Source of the DNA: Candidatus Thalassarchaeum betae
GTDB lineage: Archaea; Thermoplasmatota; Poseidoniia; Poseidoniales; Thalassarchaeaceae
DNA: 63,577 nt
Assembly (NCBI GenBank): GCA_003193925.1
Contig: PSPG01000009.1
Span: 1 to 63,577, forward strand
Direction: 5' to 3'
Shown here in pieces: positions 19,441 through 29,300 of this stretch. Position 1 is the stretch's first letter. Each line of letters begins with the position of its first letter. The translations under genes and the position numbers were made by a program. The notes below the pieces were generated by a model. The model was not told the origin of the DNA. It searched no databases and was given only the letters and a program-made list of their open reading frames with translations.

Positions 19441-22400
19441 ATGAGTGGTCGCTCTAGACGGGCCGCAGCGGCCCTCTCACTGGCCATCCTGGTGCTGACG
19501 TCGCTGTCGCCGGTTCTGATTGACGGGCTGAGCGAGACGACCCCTTCGAAAGACTCCTCCAGCCGCTCCACGGCCTGCTCGGCAGTCTGCATCAACGAGA
19601 TGATGCCGAACGCAGACGGCCTGGACCAAGGCGTGTTCCCGAACGGCGAGTGGGTCGAGCTATACAACTCCGGCTCGGTCGATGTCAGCTTGGAGAACTG
19701 GACTCTCGAGGACGTCGGAGGCTGGATACACCCCCTCGACTCTGGAACCTGGGTCGGCTTCGACCAGCTCACAGCGCCATACGTCCTGAGCGCAGGGACC
19801 TACGCTGTGATCGCCGAGAACGAGTTCGGCACCCTGCGCCTGAACAATGCCGGCGAGACCCTCCACCTGAAGAACGCCGGCGGCGGATTGGTGCACACAG
19901 TGACTTCCGGCGAGGCCTCTAACGGGGTCTCGAAGATACCGAATCCGTCCGATGCGACAGCAGACTGGATAGACTCGGAGGAGAACACCCCGGGAGCGGA
20001 GAACTCCGAGGCGACCGGTGGCGGTGAGGAGGGTTCGACGCCGATCTCGCTGACTCGGATCATGACCATGCCCTTCGATGCCGAGGTCACCGGCATGTAC
20101 GTCGATGCGAATGGCAACTTCTTCGTCAACGCGATGCATCCCGATGACAGCTACATGGATGCGACAGTTGGCGTCGTCAAGAGCGTCGACTGGAACAACC
20201 TGCCCGACAGCATCCCCGAACTGGCGCTTCCGGCGGACATAGCCGAGAGGACGAGCATCAGGCTCTCCTACGGCCAGTACCAGCACCTCATCCAGAATGG
20301 CGATGCGCTGTCCGAGGGCGGAGTTGCGGGAGGCATCTACTCCGCGGACGACGGGGAACTGCTCTTCGTCAGCGAGAGGCCGGACTTCAACGCCTTCGTC
20401 CCACTCAACCCCCAAGGCACCAGAGGCTATCTGTACACCACCTGGGAGGACCGCCCGGCCGGAATCAGCCAGATTCTGATCGAGTGGAACAGCGCGGCGA
20501 GCAGCTGGGACGTGCTCGGTGGGATGATGCGGGACCTCAGCGCGGTAAACGGCGGCTGGGTGCTGTGCTTCGGGACGATGAGCCCGTGGGGCACGCCGCT
20601 CGCCTCCGAGGAGCTGTACTTCGACGACACTGAGGACTGGAACGACCCGACTTACAGTTACCATTCAGATCAGGTGGAACTGGAGGACTACCTCGGTTAC
20701 TACCCCAACCCCTACGACTATGGCTACATCGTCGAGATCGAGAACCCAGCCACAGCCTCAGGCGACCTCGTCAAACACATGGCCATGGGTCGCTTCTCGC
20801 ACGAGAACGCGCAGGTGATGCCTGACGAGAGGACAGTCTACCTCTCTGACGACGGTTATGACACGGTGCTGTTCAAGTTCGTCGCAGAAACCGCAGGCGA
20901 CCTCAGTGCGGGTACGCTGTACGCTGCCAAAGTCACGCAGGACGACAGCGGCGACTCAGCCATCACCGGATTCGACGTCGAGTGGGTGATGCTCGCCTCA
21001 TCCTCCAATTCGGTCATAGGGACATGGGTTGACCAGTATGACGGTATTGCCGTCTCTGACTATGTCAATGGTCAGAACTCGTACATCACCGACTCCGAAA
21101 TCAACGACTGGGCCGAGGGGCGCTTGAACGATGACCTCGACGGTGATGGCACCATCGAGTCTGCCGCCGATAATAGGGTCGCCTTCCTAGAGTCGCGCAA
21201 GGCGGCCGCGGCCATCGGAGCAAGTGACGAGTGGAACAAAATGGAGGGGATCGTCTTCAATCCGAACGCGCCCGGCTACCTGTACCTCGCGATTTCGGAC
21301 GTTCGCTATGACATGAGCGACGGGCACGGTGACATCGACGTCTCGGAGAACCGCTGTGGCATCGTCTACAGGATGCCGGTCGGGGCGGGCTGGGACGTCA
21401 GTAGGATCGAGCCCGCAATAGTTGGCGGATCATACTCGAGCGGAGCCTCGCCCGACCAGTGCGATGCGAACAACATCGCCGGCCCGGACAACCTCGCCGT
21501 GCTCGACGACGGGCGGGTGCTCGTCGGAGAGGACACCGGCAAGCACCAGAACAACATGGTATGGCTGTGGAAGCCGCCGGTCGAGCCGGTCGAGTGGGAC
21601 GGCGAGTACACGCTGAAGTTCACTCGAATCATGCCAGCCGAGGTCCCGGACAGGGACAACGACTGGCTCGAGATCGCCAACACCGGTGACTCGCCGGTCA
21701 GCCTCGCTGGCTGGACCATAGAGCGAATCCGCTCGACCGAGCCGTGGGTCTCCATGGTCAACGACCTGAGCATCGATGCCGGCACCTCGGTGGTCCTGAC
21801 TGAGAACCCAGCCAATCTGCTCGCCGACGGAGGCATCGTGGCGCTCGACGGCAACGTCGCGCTGAACAACATGCCGTGGCTTGTTGACTCGGGCAGCGCG
21901 CTACAACTCAAGGCGCCCGACGGAACGGTGGTCGATGCCATCGCCTTTGGGGGCGGCATCGCCGAAATCGACGGCTGGACGGGACCCGCGATCTCGGTGC
22001 CGGGCGATGGCTCACCGGGGCTCATCCTGATGCGCGGCTCGGGCTGCGGGGACTACCCTGACACCGACTCGGGCGCTGACTGGGAGGAGAGGTGGATTCG
22101 AATCGGGGCCTCGACCTTCTGCGACGGCGGGCACTTCACCACCGAGGCCGATTCGACTGCATCCGCCTCAATAGGCCCCGACACGGCCTTCAACGACCTG
22201 ATACAGTGGGTCGGCTCCGCTGAGGACTCGATCCACCTGCACGTCTACCAGTTCATGAGCCCGGACCTCACTCACGCCCTGCTGGACGCGATAGACAGCG
22301 GCGTGAGCGTCACCCTGTTGCTGGAGGAGGGCATCTTGGACGGTAGCAGCACCGTGAACAACCAGAGGGGCCATGCCCAGAGCCTCCACGACGCGGGAGC

Positions 22401-24021
22401 GACAGTGCTCTGGATGGAGGACCCCACCCTGATTAGCTCGCCCTACGCCTACATCCACAGCAAAGTGGCGGTCAGAGACGCCGAGAGCGTCTGGATATCA
22501 TCCGGCAACTGGAAGGACACGAGTGTGCCGCCCGACGCGGTGGGCAACCGCGAGTGGTCGATCATTCTGAACTCCGAGACTGCAGCCCAGCTAGTCCTGT
22601 CCCGGATGGCCTGGGACGAGAACCCCAACCACCTCCACATCAAGCCTCACGGCTCGCAGCACGCGCCGACCTTCGACTGGACCTTGGACGGGCCGGTGCA
22701 CGACGGCAGCACGACTGCGACGCCTTCCCACCAAGGACCGTTCAACGCCCAGCTGATGACCTGCCCGGACGACTGCGTAGACGGTATAGTCGCCATGATC
22801 GGCTCCGCCGACACCTCCATCGAGCTCTCGGTGCAGTACCTCGACCTCGACTGGTACTGGGGCTTCGGGGACAATCCGATCATCACCGCGCTGCACGAAG
22901 CGGCGCGTCGAGGCGTCAGCATCCGGCTGATGCTCAACGGCTACTACGCCGAGTGGGATGATGAGATCCGCGACACCATACACATGTTCAACACCGACTG
23001 GAACGCCACCGAGGGGCTGGATGCGACAGCGCGTCTGATGGCGTACTCGGACAGTATCGTGAAACTGCACAACAAGGGTGCGGTCATAGACGGTGAGAGT
23101 GTCCTCGTCGGCAGCATGAACTGGGGCTCGAGCGCGGCCCTGAGGAACCGGGAGATGGGCGTGCTGATCCACCACGAGGAACTGGCCTCCGACTACCTAA
23201 CCTCCTTCGAGGAGGACTGGAACCGCCTCGATCCGACCACCGACTCGGACGGCGACCTGATGCCCGACTGGTGGGAAGAGCAGTACGGGCTGAACCGGCA
23301 CTCAGCTGCCGTGCTGGGCACGGCACTCAGCGAGCAGTCTCTGGACCCTGACGGGGACGGGCTCGACAACCTGCAGGAATACCAGCTAGGTGGTGACCCA
23401 ATGAACAACGACACCGACGGCGACTGCATCACAGACGGCGAGGAGGTGGCATTCGCGCAGAGCGTGATGCGCTCGCCGTCGATTGCGATGACCTCGACAG
23501 ACGTAGACGAGAACGGCGTGCCTGACGGCGAGCAGTACGGCTGCAAGCCTGTCGACAACGGCACAGACGGGGTTGACGACGGCGTAGACGGCGGCGTAGA
23601 GGATGACGGCGATAGCGATGACGACGACGGAGGATTGCTCAATATCAGAGAGGACCCGCTGTCCCGGCCAGGTGCGACATTCCTGTTCTGGGTGATGGTG
23701 ATATCGGCGATCTGCCTAGCCCTAGCCGGAGCCTCGATGTTCCTACAGCCACGAAGGAGCACTGACGAGGTGCTTGTGGACGACTCGGGATACAGGTTCG
23801 ACGACCCCGAGGCCTCCAAGGCGATTCTCAAGGGGACCAGTTTCGACGAAGACGCCGAGGACGCCCGCGCTCGCACGAAGGGTCGCGACGACGGCTCGCA
23901 CGGAGCCATCAGGCTCGATGGCTTCGGCTTCGAATCGACAACGCGCGACGAGGTCCAGTGGATGCTGGACCAGGGGCGCACGATGGAAGAAGTGAGAGCC
24001 GAGCTCGGAGAGGAGGAGTGA
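19441..24021 (+). CDS. Surface multidomain enzyme: lamin-tail domain, PhoX alkaline phosphatase, lamin-tail domain, two phospholipase D (HKD) domains, Ca-binding DxDGD repeats, TM anchor
   Basis: INEMMPN..EWVELYN (LTD). CFGTMSPWGTPLASEE, GRFSHEN, PDNL, GEDT (PhoX). HSKVAVRD..SSGN and HNKGAVID..GSMN (PLD). Confidence 0.85.
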   Translation: MSGRSRRAAAALSLAILVLTSLSPVLIDGLSETTPSKDSSSRSTACSAVCINEMMPNADGLDQGVFPNGEWVELYNSGSVDVSLENWTLEDVGGWIHPLDSGTWVGFDQLTAPYVLSAGTYAVIAENEFGTLRLNNAGETLHLKNAGGGLVHTVTSGEASNGVSKIPNPSDATADWIDSEENTPGAENSEATGGGEEGSTPISLTRIMTMPFDAEVTGMYVDANGNFFVNAMHPDDSYMDATVGVVKSVDWNNLPDSIPELALPADIAERTSIRLSYGQYQHLIQNGDALSEGGVAGGIYSADDGELLFVSERPDFNAFVPLNPQGTRGYLYTTWEDRPAGISQILIEWNSAASSWDVLGGMMRDLSAVNGGWVLCFGTMSPWGTPLASEELYFDDTEDWNDPTYSYHSDQVELEDYLGYYPNPYDYGYIVEIENPATASGDLVKHMAMGRFSHENAQVMPDERTVYLSDDGYDTVLFKFVAETAGDLSAGTLYAAKVTQDDSGDSAITGFDVEWVMLASSSNSVIGTWVDQYDGIAVSDYVNGQNSYITDSEINDWAEGRLNDDLDGDGTIESAADNRVAFLESRKAAAAIGASDEWNKMEGIVFNPNAPGYLYLAISDVRYDMSDGHGDIDVSENRCGIVYRMPVGAGWDVSRIEPAIVGGSYSSGASPDQCDANNIAGPDNLAVLDDGRVLVGEDTGKHQNNMVWLWKPPVEPVEWDGEYTLKFTRIMPAEVPDRDNDWLEIANTGDSPVSLAGWTIERIRSTEPWVSMVNDLSIDAGTSVVLTENPANLLADGGIVALDGNVALNNMPWLVDSGSALQLKAPDGTVVDAIAFGGGIAEIDGWTGPAISVPGDGSPGLILMRGSGCGDYPDTDSGADWEERWIRIGASTFCDGGHFTTEADSTASASIGPDTAFNDLIQWVGSAEDSIHLHVYQFMSPDLTHALLDAIDSGVSVTLLLEEGILDGSSTVNNQRGHAQSLHDAGATVLWMEDPTLISSPYAYIHSKVAVRDAESVWISSGNWKDTSVPPDAVGNREWSIILNSETAAQLVLSRMAWDENPNHLHIKPHGSQHAPTFDWTLDGPVHDGSTTATPSHQGPFNAQLMTCPDDCVDGIVAMIGSADTSIELSVQYLDLDWYWGFGDNPIITALHEAARRGVSIRLMLNGYYAEWDDEIRDTIHMFNTDWNATEGLDATARLMAYSDSIVKLHNKGAVIDGESVLVGSMNWGSSAALRNREMGVLIHHEELASDYLTSFEEDWNRLDPTTDSDGDLMPDWWEEQYGLNRHSAAVLGTALSEQSLDPDGDGLDNLQEYQLGGDPMNNDTDGDCITDGEEVAFAQSVMRSPSIAMTSTDVDENGVPDGEQYGCKPVDNGTDGVDDGVDGGVEDDGDSDDDDGGLLNIREDPLSRPGATFLFWVMVISAICLALAGASMFLQPRRSTDEVLVDDSGYRFDDPEASKAILKGTSFDEDAEDARARTKGRDDGSHGAIRLDGFGFESTTRDEVQWMLDQGRTMEEVRAELGEEE

Positions 24022-25298
24022 TGTCCAAGGCCATCCACGACCTCGTGCGGGGGGTCGTGGACGGCTCCCTCTCCGATGACGAAGTAATCCACTGGCTGCG
24101 TGCCGTCTTTGAGGGCGGGCTCTCCGAGGGAGATACGATTGCCCTCACTGAGGCGATGAGAGACTCCGGTGAGGTCCTCGAGTGGGGGTCTGAGATTGCG
24201 AATCTGGTCGTCGACAAGCACTCGACTGGCGGCGTCGGCGACAAGGTGTCGATAGTGCTCGCGCCCGCTCTGGCCGCCTGCGGCCTGAGGGTCCCTATGA
24301 TCTCAGGGCGCGGACTGGGCCACACCGGGGGCACTCTGGACAAGTTGGGGAGCATCCCGGGGCTCAGTGTTGAGCGCTCGGCCGATGAGATACGTCAGCA
24401 GGTCGAGCGTCTCGGGGTCGCGATGGTCGGCCAGACGGACGCTCTGGTCCCCGCCGACCGCAGGATGTACGCTCTCAGGGATGTCACAGGCACTTTGGCA
24501 TCCATCCCGCTGATTACCTCGTCAATCGTCTCGAAAAAGGCTGCTGAGGGCCTGTCGGCCCTGATATTGGATGTCAAGTTCGGAAGAGCTGCGTTCATGG
24601 TCGAACGCGCCGACGCGGCCGAACTCGCGCGCTCTATGGTTGACGTGGCCAACGGCATGGGGGTATCGACCAAGGCGGTGCTGACCACGATGGATCAGCC
24701 CCTGGGCTGCGCGGTCGGAAACTCGCTGGAGGTGCTCGAGAGCGTCGAGACCCTGTGCGGTAACGGGCCGGAGGACCTCGAGGAACTGGTCTGCGTACAG
24801 GGAGGCCTCCTGCTGGAGGCCGCGGGGCTGGCGGACGGCATGCAGACCGGCGCCCTGATGATCCACGACAGCCTGCAGGACGGCTCGGCCCTCGAGTGCT
24901 TCCGTAAGATGGTAGAGGCGCAGGGCGGTGATGCCTCGATCCTCGAGAGCGATGCCTCGCTGATGAGGGGGCTCGGGCTGATGGATCCCGATCTGCTGAC
25001 CACCGAGCTGTGCGCGGGCGCCGATGGTTGGGTCGAGGACATCGATGCGATGGTGATAGCCGAGGCCTGCCTCGGTATGGGGGCTGGGCGCAAGGAACTG
25101 GGTGACGAGATCGACCGTGCGGTCGGTGCGATACTCGAGGTCCAGGTGGGAGACCGCCTCGAAGAGGGCGAGCCCTGGGTCGTCCTGTATCACCGCGATG
25201 AGGTAGCCCCGCAGACGCTGGAGGTCCTCTTGGGCGCAATCACCCTATCCGATGAAGAAGTGAAGCCGGTATCACGAATCGCGGAGATGATTGAATGA
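24021..25298 (+). CDS. deoA: Thymidine/pyrimidine-nucleoside phosphorylase
   Basis: DKHSTGGVGDK, SGRGLGHTGGTLDKL, YALRDVT, SIVSKK, DVKFG. ATG 24021 overlaps the upstream stop (TGATG). Confidence 0.93.
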   Translation: MSKAIHDLVRGVVDGSLSDDEVIHWLRAVFEGGLSEGDTIALTEAMRDSGEVLEWGSEIANLVVDKHSTGGVGDKVSIVLAPALAACGLRVPMISGRGLGHTGGTLDKLGSIPGLSVERSADEIRQQVERLGVAMVGQTDALVPADRRMYALRDVTGTLASIPLITSSIVSKKAAEGLSALILDVKFGRAAFMVERADAAELARSMVDVANGMGVSTKAVLTTMDQPLGCAVGNSLEVLESVETLCGNGPEDLEELVCVQGGLLLEAAGLADGMQTGALMIHDSLQDGSALECFRKMVEAQGGDASILESDASLMRGLGLMDPDLLTTELCAGADGWVEDIDAMVIAEACLGMGAGRKELGDEIDRAVGAILEVQVGDRLEEGEPWVVLYHRDEVAPQTLEVLLGAITLSDEEVKPVSRIAEMIE

Positions 25299-26365
25299 GG
25301 CTGAGGCACATCGACCGCATGCGGGCCATAGCCGTGCTGTGCATGGTCGAGGTCCACACTGCCGCGATCGTACCCCCGGAGGGAGTCACTGTGGGCCATC
25401 CCGCCGCCTTCGTCGCCGCCGCCATCGGCGGCATGGCCGCGCCGATGTTCATCGCCATCTCAGGCTGGGGGATCCACCTGAGCGCTACCCGCAGGGCAGC
25501 AGACCCCGAGCATGATGCGAACCGCTGGATTAGCTGGCTGCTGCCGCGAGTGCTCCTCCTGGGTCTGTGCCAACTGCTGGTCAACCTGCTACTAAACGCT
25601 GACCGAGGCGGCCGCTTCGAATGGCACACGCCAGGTGTGCTGACGCTGCTCGCCATCGCCGCCCTGCTGGCGCCGGCCCTGGTCCGGCTCTCCATGCGGA
25701 CGCGCGCTGCGCTGATGCTGCTGATGGTGGCAGCCCCGCTGGCAATCGGAGATGCCTCCGGGCCCGACTGGTCATGGTGGGAGAGAGTCGACTCACAGGG
25801 CGCCTCTGAGTGGCTGGCCCGACTCCTGTGGAACGGCACTTACCCGGCTGTGCCCTGGTTGGGCTACGTCCTGCTCGGCTCCATAATACACGACTTGGGC
25901 GAGCGGCCGGGGGTGCGAGAGAGGAACATCGCCATCGGGCTGGCTGCTACCACGGTCACCGTGTTCATCGCCGTCCTCGAGGACATAGACTGGGCGCTGA
26001 CCTCAGGGGACGCGGTCCTGACCTTCTTCCCCGCAAACACACCCTTCCTAATCGTCTCGGGGACATTCGTGCTGCTCGCACACAGACTGCTCGAGGGGGC
26101 TGAGTCGAGCGGTGGCGAGCCGGCCTTAGGCGACAGTCTGGCCGCTCTGGAGCCGGCAGGCCGGATCACGCTGACGATCTACGTCGCCCACTTCGCTGTG
26201 CTGGGGGCGGTGGCATCGCTGATGGAGGGTGAGGCAAGGCTCAATCTGGTCCCCGCATTCGCTCTGACCATCGCCCACACGCTGGTATGGATACCGCTGG
26301 CTGTCTGGCACCAGCGCCACATCCCTAACCTGTCATTCGAGGCGCTGTTGAGCAGAATCAACTAG
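25295..26365 (+). CDS. DUF1624 / HGSNAT-like membrane acyltransferase-family protein
   Basis: R..IDRMRAIAVLCM..VH, AAPMF...SG, YP.VPW.GY, G...LTIYVAH, multi-TM. ATGA overlap with deoA. Confidence 0.75.
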   Translation: MRLRHIDRMRAIAVLCMVEVHTAAIVPPEGVTVGHPAAFVAAAIGGMAAPMFIAISGWGIHLSATRRAADPEHDANRWISWLLPRVLLLGLCQLLVNLLLNADRGGRFEWHTPGVLTLLAIAALLAPALVRLSMRTRAALMLLMVAAPLAIGDASGPDWSWWERVDSQGASEWLARLLWNGTYPAVPWLGYVLLGSIIHDLGERPGVRERNIAIGLAATTVTVFIAVLEDIDWALTSGDAVLTFFPANTPFLIVSGTFVLLAHRLLEGAESSGGEPALGDSLAALEPAGRITLTIYVAHFAVLGAVASLMEGEARLNLVPAFALTIAHTLVWIPLAVWHQRHIPNLSFEALLSRIN

Positions 26366-29300
26366 GGTCCACGGCAATCGGGCCGAACCAGACCTCGACT
26401 TCCTCGTTCGAGGCCATGATGCGCACGTAGTGCGTGCCGTCGCCGGTGAAGGTGATGTTGGCCGAGCCCGGACCGACCTCGGGCGTACCCACCGAGATGC
26501 TGTACGGCCAGAGTTGGCTGTTATTACCCATGTCAGTCTGTCCGTAGTACACCATCAGGCTCGTGTTTGTGCCATTGTCGTAGACATCCCAGACTATCTG
26601 CGCTGCGCTGCTGGTGACGTTGGTCGAGGTTAGGTTGCGCAGTATGGCATCGTAGACGAAGAAGTCGCCGCGCAGCGGGTCGTCGACCCACACGGGCAAG
26701 TGGTCGAGGGCGTCGTAGGTCGCCTGCGTCAGCGGGAAACCCCATGCTGCGTGGTAGGGTGCGAGGTTGTAGCCGGTGGCGTTCGATAGATGCATGACCC
26801 ACGCGTTGAACTCCTCGACGTCCCCCCTCGGAACCTCGGCCGAAGGAAGCGTGTAGTAGACCGTCAATGCCTCGGTTATCGGACCCCAACCCCACTCCTC
26901 CTTCACAATGAGGAACGTGTCCAAGGCCACCCAGGTGGACCAGTTCGATATGTTCGAGCCGTCCTCGAAATATGCCCGTTGGGGGTTCGCTGGGCGCAGA
27001 TTTGGCGGATTGACGAGTTGCTCCATCAAGTAGACGCTGGCGAAGTTGCAACCGGTCTCCGTGGTTCCAGGCAGGGTGGAAGGCATCCACTGGTGGTTGT
27101 GACCGAGTTCATGGAACATACCCCAATCGCCGTTCTCGCTCATGTACGAGACGTTGACTACTCCCGCGACACTCAGGTCGTGCGCCATGAACGGGTAGCC
27201 GGAATGCATCCAGCCTGCGGAGATCTGAGCGTCGAAGACTGCCCTCTCGACCCTCGGCCATGGTGTGTAGCCGTAAATCTCGTGCTCCATCGCAAGCGCT
27301 TGGTCCCACCAGTCCATCAGGTCTTGGGGGTTGTCGAGATCCCTGATCTCGTGACTCGGCACAGTCAGGATGAACTGGCCGCTGCCGATCTCAGCCCACG
27401 GGGCTGGGTCGTGCCGGAACTGCTGCTGCCACTGGAATATGTCGGTCTCGCCGTGGATGTACCTCGGTGCCTTGACCGCGTTCGAGATGGTCACATCGAA
27501 GTCGCCCAGCGTCGAGCCGGCTTGGATTCCGAGGTATATCGGCCCGCCGAAGGCGTTGCCGACCTCCATCGTGGCGCTGTCGACGTACCACCAACGGGCA
27601 ATCTGCGGGTGCCTGTGTAACTGGCTCTTCCCCCACAGGCTGTCACTGTGGGCGCCGACCAGCACATAGGTTCCCGAGCCGACGATTCCGGGGGGCAGGG
27701 TCACGGTGACCACCTCGCCCGGTGCTGCGTACAGACCGGTGGTCATGCGCACGTGCGAGCGTGCGCCCGAGTAGCCGAAGTTACTGGGTAGGCCGCTCTG
27801 ATTGCCGTCGATGGAGAAGGTGCGGGTGATTCGCGTGGCGTTCGTCGGCACCTCACCTGGGAACTCAACGTGGCTCGGGTGTGCAGGCAGCTCGTTTGCC
27901 GGGAGGTTCTGAGTCAGAGAGGCCTCGACCCTCAGTATGGTGTCGGCCACCGGGTCCTCCCCTAGGTTGTGGCCGACGTTCTGCCAGAGGGTGCCGTACT
28001 GGATCACCGTCCAGCCGGTGGCGTTGACGACCTCGCGCAGAGGGACCCAGAAGCCGTGGAAGTCCAGAGCCACGACGCCAGTGCAGATAGAGAGGGTGGC
28101 GTCGGCAATGGCCGCGTCGGCCACCGATAGGGTCTGATTGTCGATGCGGTCCGCACGAATCGCCTCGATGGCGGCTTGAGGGCGGGTCAGCTCATGCGGT
28201 ACGACTCTGAAGTCGACGTTGTTGGAGCCCCAGGCGTCGGAGACGAACAGCCCCGTCGTCTTGGCGATCTTGTTGCCCGGGTAGTTGTGGGACACATCGC
28301 TGTTCGAGTAGGACCAGTACCAAGCGTGGCCGCCCATGATCAGGCCACCGCCAGCGAGCATGAAGTCGACGAGGTTCTGGTTGTCGGCATCGTCGTGGCC
28401 GTTCCAGAACTCGTCGAGCAGGCAGTCGATTCCAGATAGGTCGTCAGGGGTGACAGAGAGATGGACCGTATGCCCCTCGCCCTGCAACTCGTCCTCGAAG
28501 TCGTCGTACCCCGCACCGTAGGCCAGACCGACGTTGGCATTCTCGCCGCAGACCCATTCGACTCCCTGTAGCGAGAACGCGGTCTCCTTCGGGCCGGCGC
28601 CATCGACCCAGCTCTCATGGCCGTAGCCCAGCATCTTGCCGCGGCCGACGTGACTGGCTGAGATCACCGGGATGGTATCTCCGTAGCCGCTCTGGGTGAA
28701 GCCCACCGGGAATGCCCACTCGCCTATCGGCAGGATGGGCGAGGGCCAACCGCCCCAATTCGTGTTGCCCATTCCATGACGCAGGTCATCTTGGTCTGCT
28801 GTCAGATCATGCACTGCAATCCACAGGTTGAGTCCGGCCACGCCGCCGGTGTTGTTGGCCCAGATGGTGTACTGGGTCCAGTCGGCGCGCTCGTCAGGCG
28901 TCCCCTCGATGGTGCCGTTGGACAGCAGTGTGAGCCCGGACGGCAAAGGAGGGTCAACTTCCCAAGTCTCGATATCAGGGCCTTCATTGGTTGCGGGGAT
29001 GATGATGCTCTCGTTGGCCTTGAACGCGAACTCCGTGCCTGGCCACGAGATGGCGTCAGGCGGCAGGCTGGTCACCCTGAATTGGACAAGAGTAGAGGTG
29101 GTGCCGCCCGAGTTATTGGCCCAGATCCTGTGATAGGTCCACGGTTGCAAGTAGGTGGCAGACCCACTGATTACACCTGTGGAGAAATTGAACGAGAAGC
29201 CGAATGGGAGAGTCGGGTCGATCTCCCAGTAGTCCGGCGAGCCTCCCTCCCAAGTCGGGCTGATCTCTCCGATGTCGTCGCCCTCCCTGAGGTCGAACTG

